From an uncultured virus (IMG/VR IMGVR_UViG_3300047673_000475) (lineage: Duplodnaviria; Heunggongvirae; Uroviricota; Caudoviricetes): a stretch of DNA of 64,000 nt. The notes beneath the pieces are model-generated. The model had not been told where the DNA came from, did not search any database, and saw only the letters and a list, made by a program, of their open reading frames with translations. Below are positions 9,784-18,996 of this stretch, one piece after another. The DNA lies in the IMG/VR virus record IMGVR_UViG_3300047673_000475; one strand, 5' to 3'. Each line of letters opens with the position of its first letter. The stretch's first letter is position 1. The position numbers and the translations under genes were made by a program.

Positions 9784-10611
9784 TTACGACTTCAGGTTAT
9801 CGGTAATCTTGTCGACCGATTCGTTGATGCTCGTGTTAAACGCCATCACGCGGAAGTACATCGTCGAGAAGAACTCGAGCTCACAGGCGATCTGGTAGGC
9901 ACCGTCAGAGAGCTCTTGCGCCACTTCGTACGCCGTGCTTTCCATCTTGCCGTCCTTGAGCATCTGGACGATCTTTTCCATGTACTGGGTAGCTTCCTTC
10001 ACCTTCGCATTGAGCTTCTCGCGCGAGACGCTGTTGCTCAGCTTGGAGAGCGTGTCGACTTCACCGAAGACGAGTTCCCAGTCCTTGTTACGGGCGACGG
10101 CGTCACCGTACTTCATGGTCGTGTCGTGGCGACCCGGAGTGAAGCAGGCACCGATGTCTTTCAAGAGAGCGTCGCGTTCTTCTTGCAGGCCCTGGTAGAC
10201 CTTCGCCGAATTTTCCGTCGAGAAGCGCTGATACTCGTTGGTGATCAAGAGCGCCAAATACGTGGTGTACGTATTGAGCAGGTTCATCACCTTGGCCGAA
10301 TGCTCGGCGCCGCGCTTCAGTGCTGCGGCGAGTTCCAGGTAGTTGCTCTTCATGCCCTCGGGGCAGTAGACGGTCAGCGGGCTGATGTCGACGAAGTTGT
10401 GACGCTCCAGCAACTTCATGAAGCTCGCCTGATGGCGCGAAAGCGGCACCGGCTTGTCGGCGCCCGAAAAGCGTTGCGTGAAATCGAGGAAGTGTTTCTT
10501 GATGTCGGGAAACATGCTTTTGAGCATCCCGGTGACATCGAGTGCCTGGACGCTGAAAGTCTCCAGCGCCACAACGTCACGATGGTGACGCAGAGTTTGA
10601 AGCGAGTCCAT
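9784..10611 (-). CDS. Probable head/virion protein (phiKZ gp153-like)
   Basis: AGAAGGA SD, strong codon bias, N-terminal ALE protease motif; divergent from uvsX. Confidence 0.65.
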   Translation of the reverse strand: MDSLQTLRHHRDVVALETFSVQALDVTGMLKSMFPDIKKHFLDFTQRFSGADKPVPLSRHQASFMKLLERHNFVDISPLTVYCPEGMKSNYLELAAALKRGAEHSAKVMNLLNTYTTYLALLITNEYQRFSTENSAKVYQGLQEERDALLKDIGACFTPGRHDTTMKYGDAVARNKDWELVFGEVDTLSKLSNSVSREKLNAKVKEATQYMEKIVQMLKDGKMESTAYEVAQELSDGAYQIACELEFFSTMYFRVMAFNTSINESVDKITDNLKS

Positions 10612-10752
10612 AGGTGTCCTTCTGACTGGGGTAAGTTTGTAAGCCATAACATGCGCGTGGCGGTTATAGCTGTGTGGTATTTTTCACCGGCTACCGCCAT
10701 TATTTGTACGGCTGTGTTTCGTCATTCTCCATTTAAGACCAAAGCAAAGCAC

Positions 10753-12183
10753 ATGGAATTTCTTCAACCTAAAATCAACGCTGCGCCCAACGTGAAACTG
10801 ATGATTAACATCGGTGCACTGATGGACATTCCCACCGGCACTTATATCGAAGGGCGCAAGGGTGAGCACATCCTTAACGGCGGCCTGGCTACGCTCACCG
10901 GCGTCGTGGGGATTGGTAACAACTTCAAGTCCACGGTGATGCACTACCAGATGCTCACCGCGATGTCGCGTTTTCGTCAGGCTTCGGCCTCCACCTACGA
11001 CACAGAAGTCAACATTCAGGAATGGCACTTGATGGAAATGATCCGTCGAGTCGAAGGCCTGCACGAAGAAGACGTCCTGCAAACGGGACGCTGGATCATC
11101 ACCGACAAGACCATGCACACGGGCGACGACTGGTACGCCAAGCAACGGGAGTTCCTGGAAGAGAAAGCCAAGAACATCGGCAAGTGGTCGGTGGATACGC
11201 CATTTTGGAATCGCGATCGCTCGGGTCCGCTGCGCATGATCATCCCCACGTTCAATGAGATCGACTCCTTCACGGAATTCGAAACCTCGGACGTGATGGA
11301 CATGCAGGATAAGAACGATCTGGGTGAGTCGGGCGGTAACACGATTCACATGCGTCAGGGTCTCGCTAAGCTGCGCTTGCTGATGGAAGCGCCGCGTCTG
11401 AACGGTCAGGCGAATAACTACTCGCTGATGACCGCGCACATCGGCAAAGAGTCGACGATGCAAAATGCGGGTCCCGCCGGTTCGGTCCCGATCGTCAAAC
11501 TCAAGCACCTGAAAAACGGCGACAAGATCAAGGGCACGACCGACAAGTTCACCTTCATCACGCACAACTGCTGGCACGCTTATAACGCCTCGCCTTTGAT
11601 GGCGGCGGACAAGAACGGGCCGGAGTATCCGCGCGATTCCGATGACAAGGTCAAGCTCGATACGGACCTGAACACAGTCCAGTTGCGCAACCTGCGCTCC
11701 AAGTCGGGTCCGTCGGGCATGGCGATCACTTTGATCGTCTCACAAACCGAAGGCGTGTTGCCCTCGCTCACCGAGTTCCATCACATCCGCGAACAGGACT
11801 ACTACGGGCTCGTGGGTAGCAAGATCAACTACGCGCTTGCCCTCTATCCAGAGTGCAAACTGGGTCGCACTACCGTGCGTAGCAAGATCGATGAAGACGC
11901 GAAGCTGCGCCGCGCCTTAAACATCACTTCCGAGATGTGCCAGATGTCGTACATGTGGCATCACCTGGATGATCTGATGTGCACGCCTGAAGAGCTCTAC
12001 ACGGATCTCAAGGCCAAGGGTTACGACTGGGACCTGCTGCTCAATACGCGCGGCTGGTGGACCACGGACGAAGATCATCCGCTGCCTTTCCTCTCGACCA
12101 TGGATCTCTTGCGCATGCGCAAGGGTCTGTACCATCCGTACTGGTATCCGGTCGGCGTGGATGCCCTGAAGGCAGCAGCGTAA
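10753..12183 (+). CDS. uvsX: UvsX/RecA-like recombinase (phiKZ gp152-like)
   Basis: NIGALMDIPTG, P-loop variant GIGNNFKST, YDTE, IDSFT Walker B-like motif; true start at MEFLQPK. Confidence 0.88.
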   Translation: MEFLQPKINAAPNVKLMINIGALMDIPTGTYIEGRKGEHILNGGLATLTGVVGIGNNFKSTVMHYQMLTAMSRFRQASASTYDTEVNIQEWHLMEMIRRVEGLHEEDVLQTGRWIITDKTMHTGDDWYAKQREFLEEKAKNIGKWSVDTPFWNRDRSGPLRMIIPTFNEIDSFTEFETSDVMDMQDKNDLGESGGNTIHMRQGLAKLRLLMEAPRLNGQANNYSLMTAHIGKESTMQNAGPAGSVPIVKLKHLKNGDKIKGTTDKFTFITHNCWHAYNASPLMAADKNGPEYPRDSDDKVKLDTDLNTVQLRNLRSKSGPSGMAITLIVSQTEGVLPSLTEFHHIREQDYYGLVGSKINYALALYPECKLGRTTVRSKIDEDAKLRRALNITSEMCQMSYMWHHLDDLMCTPEELYTDLKAKGYDWDLLLNTRGWWTTDEDHPLPFLSTMDLLRMRKGLYHPYWYPVGVDALKAAA

Positions 12184-12347
12184 TGAACTGGCGGCTGAAG
12201 TTTAAGCAGCTGCTCTGTAAGCACCGGGTCAAGTGGGATGTCTGGACCGATCTGGTCCTCATCAAACGCCGGTGCGATTGCTGCCAGAAGGAATTCGTCG
12301 AAACCTACAACGGCTTTAAGGAATTGAACAAGCATGAGCGCAAATAA
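12183..12347 (+). CDS. Small putative zinc-binding protein
   Basis: TAATG coupling to uvsX; CKH...CDCC motif. Confidence 0.6.
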   Translation: MNWRLKFKQLLCKHRVKWDVWTDLVLIKRRCDCCQKEFVETYNGFKELNKHERK

Positions 12348-12624
12348 ACAAGAAGAAGTCGCCGTCGTGTCACCCTGCAAATTCATGATCAACGACGTCG
12401 TCGAACATGTCAAGTCTGGCGGGATGTACGTGGTCGCCGGACTGCCCACGGAGTACGTGCTCGAAAACACGCGCGAGCCTGCTTACGCGTACCGCATGGC
12501 GGACGGACGCATTTGCGTGCGCTGCCAGTCGGAGTTCGAGGACGGTCGTTTTGAATATCGTGGCCGGGCCGATGGCTCGACCTATCCCAGAGAAACCAGC
12601 CGCGGGATTCACCCGCGCGCGTAG
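12334..12624 (+). CDS. DUF1653-like protein
   Basis: HVKSGGMYVV...ENTREPAYAYR..DGRICVR..SEFEDGRF pattern. Confidence 0.7.
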   Translation: MSANKQEEVAVVSPCKFMINDVVEHVKSGGMYVVAGLPTEYVLENTREPAYAYRMADGRICVRCQSEFEDGRFEYRGRADGSTYPRETSRGIHPRA

Positions 12625-12633
12625 GAGCACCAA

Positions 12634-12993
12634 ATGAACACCGTAGCAGAAGTAACCCAAGAAGCACCCGCGCCGAAGCTGGACGCGAACCTGATCGACT
12701 ACGTGACGAATCGCCTGGCCGAATCCGGCCACCCGAATCCGAGCGCCTGGCAGACTTACGGCGAAGGCATCCACAGCGACGCCTACAGCACGATCGAGTT
12801 CCCGCGTCATCGCTTTCTGGTCAACCGTCAACTGCGCCAGCTGGTCGGCGCTGTCCCCGCCAACACCACGCAGATTCGTTTCTGTCTGGTCGATCAGGGC
12901 ACAGCGGACGATTGGATGCGCCTCTTCGAACAGATGGTCCTGCCATGCATGATGAAATTCAGCATTCCGCAATCGCACTACGCGAGCGCCTAA
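12634..12993 (+). CDS. Hypothetical protein
   Basis: AGGAG SD, good codon bias. Confidence 0.75.
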   Translation: MNTVAEVTQEAPAPKLDANLIDYVTNRLAESGHPNPSAWQTYGEGIHSDAYSTIEFPRHRFLVNRQLRQLVGAVPANTTQIRFCLVDQGTADDWMRLFEQMVLPCMMKFSIPQSHYASA

Positions 12994-13535
12994 ATCTGTT
13001 CGCCGAATGGCCGATTGTTAAGGGTCAAGAGTTCGTAGTCCCCCATGAACTTTTGACTCGCGAGATCTGGGACGCGATCATTGTGGTCGCCGGGGGTCGC
13101 AACTATAACCGCTACGAGGACTTTGTCCACTGGTTGGAGTTGCGCCTCATGAAAGAGGACTTGGTTGACTTACCCAGGATTGTGTTTGTCTCCGGCAAGG
13201 CCAGTAAGGGCGCTGATGATATGATTATCCGCTGGTGCAAAGAGAACGGCTTCCCGTGGGCAGAGTTTCCTGCCGACTGGGACGGGCTCGGACGGAGCGC
13301 AGGGTATGTGCGTAACGCTCAAATGGCACGAGTGGCAACCCATCTCATCACGTTCTGGGACGGTGAATCACGAGGCACGAAACACATGATCGAGCAGGGC
13401 AAGAAGTACGAGCTCGCGATGACGATCAACCTTGTGGAACCGGACGAGGACTGGCTTGAACGGATTAGGAAAACATCATGGCAGGAAACCGAGCAGCTGC
13501 TGAAGCGGTTATCTACGAATGGATCGAGAAGTTGA
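12945..13535 (+). CDS. DUF2493/YspA-like SLOG family protein (start uncertain)
   Basis: IVVAGGRNY, VSGKASKGAD, FPADWD..GRSAGYVRNAQM, FWDGESRGTKHMI. Confidence 0.85.
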   Translation: MHDEIQHSAIALRERLNLFAEWPIVKGQEFVVPHELLTREIWDAIIVVAGGRNYNRYEDFVHWLELRLMKEDLVDLPRIVFVSGKASKGADDMIIRWCKENGFPWAEFPADWDGLGRSAGYVRNAQMARVATHLITFWDGESRGTKHMIEQGKKYELAMTINLVEPDEDWLERIRKTSWQETEQLLKRLSTNGSRS

Positions 13536-14179
13536 TCCCCGAGTCGGGTAACACCGACATTTACCGCAACCTCTTTGCCAGCATGGACGACGCGGCGTTT
13601 GCCGTATGGATGGAAAAGCTCGAGCGGCAGGAGATTCGACTCGCGGTGATCGCGCCGAATTTGGCCGAGCACCCCACGGGTGGTGACAAGAAGCTCGTGC
13701 GTCTTGACATCGAACGGAACCTGAAGCTGGCTGATGAACTCGGTCACAACTTCTTTGAAAGGATCTGGATCGACAATGGCAACGATATTCCACCGTATCT
13801 GTCACCGATTCCGTACCTGGTGGTTGATCTCCCCCTGCGCCGTCAAGCGCAGTTGCTGGTCAAGAAGATCTCGATTCCTGAAGACTCTAAGTCCGTGGAC
13901 GATTTCACAGGCCAGCCGACCGGGAAGTCCAAGGGATCGAAGATCTCCTATCCGGAGACCCAGATCATGGCCGCCCTTAACCTGGACGCTAACCTCACCG
14001 AGATGCTTAAGTATCGAGGCGGGGATGAGAAAGGCTTTGATGCGCTCAATTCCGCTATCAGCAAAACTGGCGGCGTGTCGCTCAAGTCGATCGAGAAGCT
14101 GGGCACCCAGGTGAAGTCGACGCAGACGCTGTCCATCATTCTGACCTGCATGCATCTCAGTAACACTGGGCTTAATTAA
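13478..14179 (+). CDS. Virion RNA polymerase beta C-terminal subunit (phiKZ gp149-like)
   Basis: RRQAQLLVKKISIP..DDFTGQPTGKSKGSKISYPE..EMLKYRGGD parallels the beta C-terminal TQQPxxG region. Confidence 0.85.
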   Translation: MAGNRAAAEAVIYEWIEKLIPESGNTDIYRNLFASMDDAAFAVWMEKLERQEIRLAVIAPNLAEHPTGGDKKLVRLDIERNLKLADELGHNFFERIWIDNGNDIPPYLSPIPYLVVDLPLRRQAQLLVKKISIPEDSKSVDDFTGQPTGKSKGSKISYPETQIMAALNLDANLTEMLKYRGGDEKGFDALNSAISKTGGVSLKSIEKLGTQVKSTQTLSIILTCMHLSNTGLN

Positions 14180-14236
14180 GCAAGGTGTTGCCCATCGGCT
14201 CACGAGCGACAAGTTTCCCAACTGGACCACAGCCTA

Positions 14237-14353
14237 ATGGAAGAAGATCCGAACTCTCCGTGGTATGAGGATTCCTGCGACCGGGACGATCTGTTTCTCG
14301 CCTGTCTGATCCTTGAAGTCATTCTGATCGGGCTCTTAAAGGCCTGGTCTTAG
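14237..14353 (+). CDS. 38-aa membrane peptide
   Basis: Manual translation MEEDPNSPWYEDSCDRDDLFLACLILEVILIGLLKAWS; below ORF-track cutoff. Confidence 0.5.
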   Translation: MEEDPNSPWYEDSCDRDDLFLACLILEVILIGLLKAWS

Positions 14354-14362
14354 GAGCACATC

Positions 14363-14611
14363 GTGGGACTCTTTACTGACATCGGCTACGACCTACTCGC
14401 CAAGCAACGCCGTGAGCGCTTGATTCGTGAAGGCCGAGCCAATGAGAGTCTAGGCTTTATCAACCGTCCGGATCTGAACTATCCCTGGGACGAGGAGTCC
14501 CGCTTCACGACGATAGATGGCTGGATTTGCGTGATTCTTGCGCTGATTGGTCTGATCGGGATGGCGGCTATTATCTTGAGTGACCACCACGTCTGGAGCA
14601 ATCATGTCTGA
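14363..14611 (+). CDS. Small membrane protein
   Basis: AGGAG SD with GTG start; C-terminal TM helix. Confidence 0.7.
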   Translation: MGLFTDIGYDLLAKQRRERLIREGRANESLGFINRPDLNYPWDEESRFTTIDGWICVILALIGLIGMAAIILSDHHVWSNHV

Positions 14612-14702
14612 AGTGCATAAACGCCTGATGGCTCAAATCCGCGCTTGGAAACGAGCGCAGGACTCGGGCTGGGGCGTCATCGTCACACCGAAACAACAAT
14701 GA
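14604..14702 (+). CDS. 32-aa small protein
   Basis: GGAG SD, MSEVHKRLMAQIRAWKR...; stop overlaps next ATG (ATGA). Confidence 0.5.
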   Translation: MSEVHKRLMAQIRAWKRAQDSGWGVIVTPKQQ

Positions 14703-15088
14703 ATATCGACGCATATTTCGTCGACAAGTGGATCACGCTCGAACTGGCCTCGGCACTCTCTCGGGAGCCGCAGCCAGTCGGGCCCTTATTTCCCGAGCTT
14801 CGTAAAGCTGTGGGCCTCTATGCCTTGTACTTTCCGGAGCATGAATCCGTGTACTTTGGCGAAGCAGGTGACCTAGAGCACGCGAAAGCCGATCACCTGT
14901 ATAAACTTCGCTGTAACCGTCATGAAAACCCGGCTGTACAACAAGCTTTCAACGACGATCCGGAAGGCAAGGTCCTATTCTTCGCGATTTTTACGTCAAG
15001 TCGTGAGCAAGCGCGATCCCTTCTCGAGCAATTTCTAGCAGCCTATAAAGACTGCACTACTTTACTGAATAACGGGGTGCTGGAGTGA
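14699..15088 (+). CDS. Stand-alone degenerate GIY-YIG-like protein
   Basis: GLYALYF..VYFGEAGDL..H..LRCNRHENPAVQQAFN..LLEQFL..LLN. Confidence 0.7.
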   Translation: MNIDAYFVDKWITLELASALSREPQPVGPLFPELRKAVGLYALYFPEHESVYFGEAGDLEHAKADHLYKLRCNRHENPAVQQAFNDDPEGKVLFFAIFTSSREQARSLLEQFLAAYKDCTTLLNNGVLE

Positions 15089-15627
15089 GTGGTTTTAAAG
15101 CAGAGAGCGCGTGGCGCAATCCGAAAGACGTCGCGGACCCGAACGTATTCACCAATGATGACATGGAAGTCGTCGCCGGGGCTTTCGAGGCAGCGATTAA
15201 AACCGTGCTGGAGCAATACCGGGACGAGGCGCTCAGGGAAAAGCTCCTGATGTTTATCAACAACATCGTGGTGCAAGAAAAACCCTGGGTCTGGGTCTCG
15301 CCTGAAGGGCCGAGCCACGTGGATGATCTCTTCATGGTCGACGAGTTCACGCGTGATTTTATCATGCTGCTGACGTTCACCTTTTTTGCCCGCTGGGGTG
15401 AGGGAAAAGTAAAATTTACTGGCCTGATAGATACATTGAGCTGGGGATGCGCAGCCGATGAAGAAGGTGACGATAAAGGTTACGTGCTAATGTCGAAAGA
15501 CCTTAGCGCTCGTCTATCACCGACTGAGACTGTAAAAAAATACCTCAGAGCCAATAAGTGGGTCGTCGTGGCGATGCTGATCAAGCTATTCGTCAAACCG
15601 ACCAACGGCCAAATGCCGGAGGCCTGA
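15085..15627 (+). CDS. Hypothetical protein
   Basis: GTGA-coupled 180 aa ORF. Confidence 0.75.
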   Translation: MSGFKAESAWRNPKDVADPNVFTNDDMEVVAGAFEAAIKTVLEQYRDEALREKLLMFINNIVVQEKPWVWVSPEGPSHVDDLFMVDEFTRDFIMLLTFTFFARWGEGKVKFTGLIDTLSWGCAADEEGDDKGYVLMSKDLSARLSPTETVKKYLRANKWVVVAMLIKLFVKPTNGQMPEA

Positions 15628-15694
15628 GGGCCGATGGCGATGTCAGATATTTAACGGGGCGCCAGGTCAACAACAATAAGCCTGGCAGGAATGA

Positions 15695-16423
15695 ATGGAT
15701 CAATCAGCGGTTGCCGTCGTATACGCGGAGCTCGATGCTCTGCTCGATACACGGCTCGGGACCCTGGCACGCATGGGCAACCATGTAGCCGAAGCTGTAT
15801 TGTTGTCCGAGAGTTATCATAAACGCGACTGCGACGTGTTCGCAGGCGTGGATATGCAGGTCTACCGTGACCTGTACTCTAAGCGCGACGTAGAGACGTT
15901 AAAGTTCTCACGTGCGACTAAAGCGGTGTTCCTCCTGAATTCGCTAGTGCGTTATCTGAAGGAACAGGCGACTGTACGCCCGTATCACGAGAGTGCAAAA
16001 GTCGTCATTAATACGTTCCCTTACGTGCTGAGCGTCGAAGAAGAAGCTGAGTTGGGCAAGGTCATTGCGACCTGGATTTCAGGGCTCGCACCGGTTGAGC
16101 TCGTACATATGCGCCCACAAGAGCTTTCTCCTCTGTACGTTAAACAGCAGTCGTATTCGAGCCTGTTGATGTACGAGTACGATCCTTGGATGAGTCTGCA
16201 TTTTGGACCCACATCGAAGCAAGCAACGCCTATCCAAGATGTCTCAATATTCGCGCCAGCGATATTCTTCGCGGATAAGCCAAGCGACAAAGAGTTGCAG
16301 CAAGTCATTAAGCGCGCAGCCCATCCACTGCAAGCTGTAGAGATCCTGGGAAGGTCGCTCGTCGGCCTGAACTTGATCGATGTCGAATACTTCAGCATAA
16401 TTCGACCTTCCGAACCGGCATAA
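15695..16423 (+). CDS. Conserved phiKZ-like hypothetical protein (possibly HAD-like fold)
   Basis: YAELDALLDTRLGTL and INTFPYVL motifs; AGGA SD. Confidence 0.7.
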   Translation: MDQSAVAVVYAELDALLDTRLGTLARMGNHVAEAVLLSESYHKRDCDVFAGVDMQVYRDLYSKRDVETLKFSRATKAVFLLNSLVRYLKEQATVRPYHESAKVVINTFPYVLSVEEEAELGKVIATWISGLAPVELVHMRPQELSPLYVKQQSYSSLLMYEYDPWMSLHFGPTSKQATPIQDVSIFAPAIFFADKPSDKELQQVIKRAAHPLQAVEILGRSLVGLNLIDVEYFSIIRPSEPA

Positions 16424-16473
16424 ACGCCCCGCACCCCTCGACCCCACTTCTGGAGCGGTCGAGGTGGGTGCGG
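16416..16473. terminator. Long hairpin with TATGCCG tail on the minus strand
   Basis: CGGCATA followed by CCGCACCC-CTCGACC...GGTCGAG-GGGTGCGG; between convergent genes. Confidence 0.65.
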
Positions 16474-16503
16474 AGCACAGTCACGGTTTGGAGCGGGTTT
16501 CCG

Positions 16504-16950
16504 TTAGTCTGCGCCTTCAACGGGCGCAAACTGAGCGTGGAACGAATCGAAGTCTTGCTGAACCGGCGTAGTGGCAACTTCCCCTTCCACCAGGACGGGG
16601 TCGGGTACATCGCTTCCGAGCTTCGGAACCTCCCTTGGAACAGGTTCAGCGGCTTGGAAGTTATGCCCGCCGCTGCCCATCTGGCGCAGGATCTCAGCAA
16701 TGTTGGCGGCCATGCCTTCCTGGTTCATGACCTGCGCTTCTTCCACGCGCAGCTTCATCTTACCGAGCGCCTGGCGGTCCATGCCGTCGAGCACTTGGGC
16801 GATGGTGCCCACGATCTTGGGGTCGGCAAGGTTCTGCAGATCCTTAGCGAGTACGCCGACGATCTGCTTACGCATTCCTTGGGTATAGTCGAGTACGGCC
16901 TCGTCTGCGTCGACGGGACCGACTACTTCTGTGACTTGATCTGCAGACAT
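16504..16950 (-). CDS. Hypothetical protein
   Basis: AGGA SD; 148 aa acidic protein. Confidence 0.75.
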   Translation of the reverse strand: MSADQVTEVVGPVDADEAVLDYTQGMRKQIVGVLAKDLQNLADPKIVGTIAQVLDGMDRQALGKMKLRVEEAQVMNQEGMAANIAEILRQMGSGGHNFQAAEPVPREVPKLGSDVPDPVLVEGEVATTPVQQDFDSFHAQFAPVEGAD

Positions 16951-16968
16951 GGTCGTATTCCTAAACGG

Positions 16969-17006
16969 TTTCAGCGATATATTACTAACTAGAGATAAGT
17001 AACAAG
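16969..17006 (+). promoter_or_regulatory. Putative early (virion RNAP) promoter
   Basis: TTTCAGCGATATATTAC contains the phiKZ early consensus TATATTAC (16978-16985). Confidence 0.7.
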
Positions 17007-17102
17007 GTGTCCTTATCCAATGCCCCTATGCTCGATCGGGGGCTGGAGTCATAGTATCGGTCAAAAGGCACCGTAAATAGGCGAATTTACAAAGAGGGCG
17101 TT

Positions 17103-17663
17103 ATGTTCGTTGATCGCTGGAAGAACTGGGTGATGCGGGTCAGCCAGGGGCTGCGTGACCATAATACGCGCGCGCAATACGAAGCACTGAAAATACGGCT
17201 CAAGGAGATTCCGGAGAAGAAGCCGCATCGCAAGAGCTGCGAAGAAATTTTGACCCTGCTGGAGCCGGACAAGTACATTGGCTATCAGCCGTACTATGCC
17301 AAGCAGGTGAAGCTAGGTGAAGACATCGCCAATCTGGAGGCGTTCACTAAACGCCTCCTAGATACCTCGGCGATGGTATTGAAGGAAACGCCAATACCGC
17401 CTGGCTGGATGAAACCCGATGAAGTGCTGGTGCAGTTTGACCGGCTCTTTATCGCGAGTGGAGGCTACTACTTGGATGTGGCACAAAGCGTGCACAAGTT
17501 TAAGGTAGCGGGCCTGCGGCTGTGTGAGCTGATGCACGAATCAGACACCGCCACGCATGGCATCCACGAGCACAACTTTCGTATGCTGTCACGACTCTTT
17601 GTGCAGTTGCGGGAACTGAGCACCGCGTTGGTGGAGGTGGGGCTCGAGCAGGGCAAGAAGTAA
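17103..17663 (+). CDS. Hypothetical protein
   Basis: GAGG SD, 186 aa. Confidence 0.8.
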   Translation: MFVDRWKNWVMRVSQGLRDHNTRAQYEALKIRLKEIPEKKPHRKSCEEILTLLEPDKYIGYQPYYAKQVKLGEDIANLEAFTKRLLDTSAMVLKETPIPPGWMKPDEVLVQFDRLFIASGGYYLDVAQSVHKFKVAGLRLCELMHESDTATHGIHEHNFRMLSRLFVQLRELSTALVEVGLEQGKK

Positions 17664-17713
17664 AACAAGGCGCAGGACTTAATAGCGATTTACAATTGAA
17701 ACGCGAGGTACAA

Positions 17714-18139
17714 ATGGCAAAGAATCAGATGGCGAACATCCTCGCCAAAACCGACAAGGACGTAGGCGGCACATACGGTCCGAACGGGGTGCTCTCTCGC
17801 CTCTTCCGGAAGCTCTTGCTGACCATGAACGTCAATGAGAACCGGTGGAACATCCTAATGCATGCGTTCCTGAACGATCCGCGTAATGGCGTGCCCAATA
17901 CGCGTAAAGATCAGACCAGCATGCGGGGGAATTTGACGAAGGAATTCGCCCGGCCGCAGATGACGTGGAAGGTGTTCTGCAAGGCCATGATGTTCATGCA
18001 GTTTGTTCACTTCGAGGTGTGCATCATCGCGCGCGATAAACACGGGCGTGAAATTGCGTTTAGCACAGATGTGAATCTGGGCGACCGCACGGTGCCTACT
18101 CAGACTTTGACTGACAACACACCTAAGGGAGACGAATGA
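17714..18139 (+). CDS. Conserved hypothetical protein (possible DNA-binding)
   Basis: GAGGT SD; LSRLFR..RGNLTKE..MTWKVFCKA. Confidence 0.75.
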   Translation: MAKNQMANILAKTDKDVGGTYGPNGVLSRLFRKLLLTMNVNENRWNILMHAFLNDPRNGVPNTRKDQTSMRGNLTKEFARPQMTWKVFCKAMMFMQFVHFEVCIIARDKHGREIAFSTDVNLGDRTVPTQTLTDNTPKGDE

Positions 18140-18349
18140 GCCATCTTCGTTCCCGAGTGCGGTCAGCTCGGGTTGAACTAATTGAGCGCGAGGATAGAAG
18201 GAATGTTCAGTGATCGTGAACGCAAGGGAAGAGTGCGTTTCCCGAACATTAGTGATGAACGCCGCAGAGAGGCGTCCCAGGAGCAGTCAGACACTGGGGC
18301 AAACGCACAAGACAATACAAGGACGGGAGCCAAACCCGCGGAGAATGTC

Positions 18350-18916
18350 ATGCAAGCAGTAACCGAGGAAGTGCAGGTGCCGGTGCATCCGCTCGTTCTG
18401 GAAGACGGTAAGACGCACATTAACATCGATGCGTTTGCCCAGACTGAACTAGGACGGATGCTGGTGCATCAGTTCGCGTCAAAGTTCGAGCACCCGCAGT
18501 TCGGGCGCTTTCGCTCAGTCGAGGGATTCTGGGGCTATGTGCGTGATACGACGCGCGATGATCGCTGGCGTTACGTCTCCGGCATGACCGCCAAGCGCGA
18601 GACGCGTAACTTGGGGGTGCGCTGGATCGCCAATTTTCACCAGATCATTATGGAGGCGAACTACTTCAAGATCGAACAGAATGACCACCTCAAAGCGCTG
18701 TTTGTGGCGTCCGAGTTGCCGTTCGATCACTACTACATCTTTCGTGGTAAGGAAGCCAACGCCAACGACCCCGGTTTTCCGATTCGTCCTCAGATTGCTC
18801 CCTGGTTTACCCGCGGCATGGAGAGCATTCGTACGATGATGAAGGAAGGGCGTCGTCCGGATAAACCCGACTACAGCGACGTGTTCAATCCCAATCCGGA
18901 ACGGAACGGGCACTAA
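18350..18916 (+). CDS. Conserved phage protein, distantly NADAR-like (start uncertain)
   Basis: DGKTHINI..TELGRML..F.HP.FGRF.SVEGFW..LPFDHYY motif. Confidence 0.65.
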   Translation: MQAVTEEVQVPVHPLVLEDGKTHINIDAFAQTELGRMLVHQFASKFEHPQFGRFRSVEGFWGYVRDTTRDDRWRYVSGMTAKRETRNLGVRWIANFHQIIMEANYFKIEQNDHLKALFVASELPFDHYYIFRGKEANANDPGFPIRPQIAPWFTRGMESIRTMMKEGRRPDKPDYSDVFNPNPERNGH

Positions 18917-18938
18917 CGCAGTTCGCGTTGTATCGCTC

Positions 18939-18981
18939 GGGGAGGCTTCGGCCTCCCCTATGCCCCTTCTTCTTTTTTTTT
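18939..18981 (+). terminator. Hairpin plus TATGCC plus T-run
   Basis: GGGGAGGC-TTCG-GCCTCCCC-TATGCC followed by poly-T. Confidence 0.8.
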
Positions 18982-18996
18982 GTTTCGAGGACCAAC

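Noticed and set aside
9763..10752. 330-aa N-terminal extension of UvsX in the ORF track
   Set aside because: Mostly antisense to the 9784-10611 gene; recognisable UvsX sequence starts at 10753.
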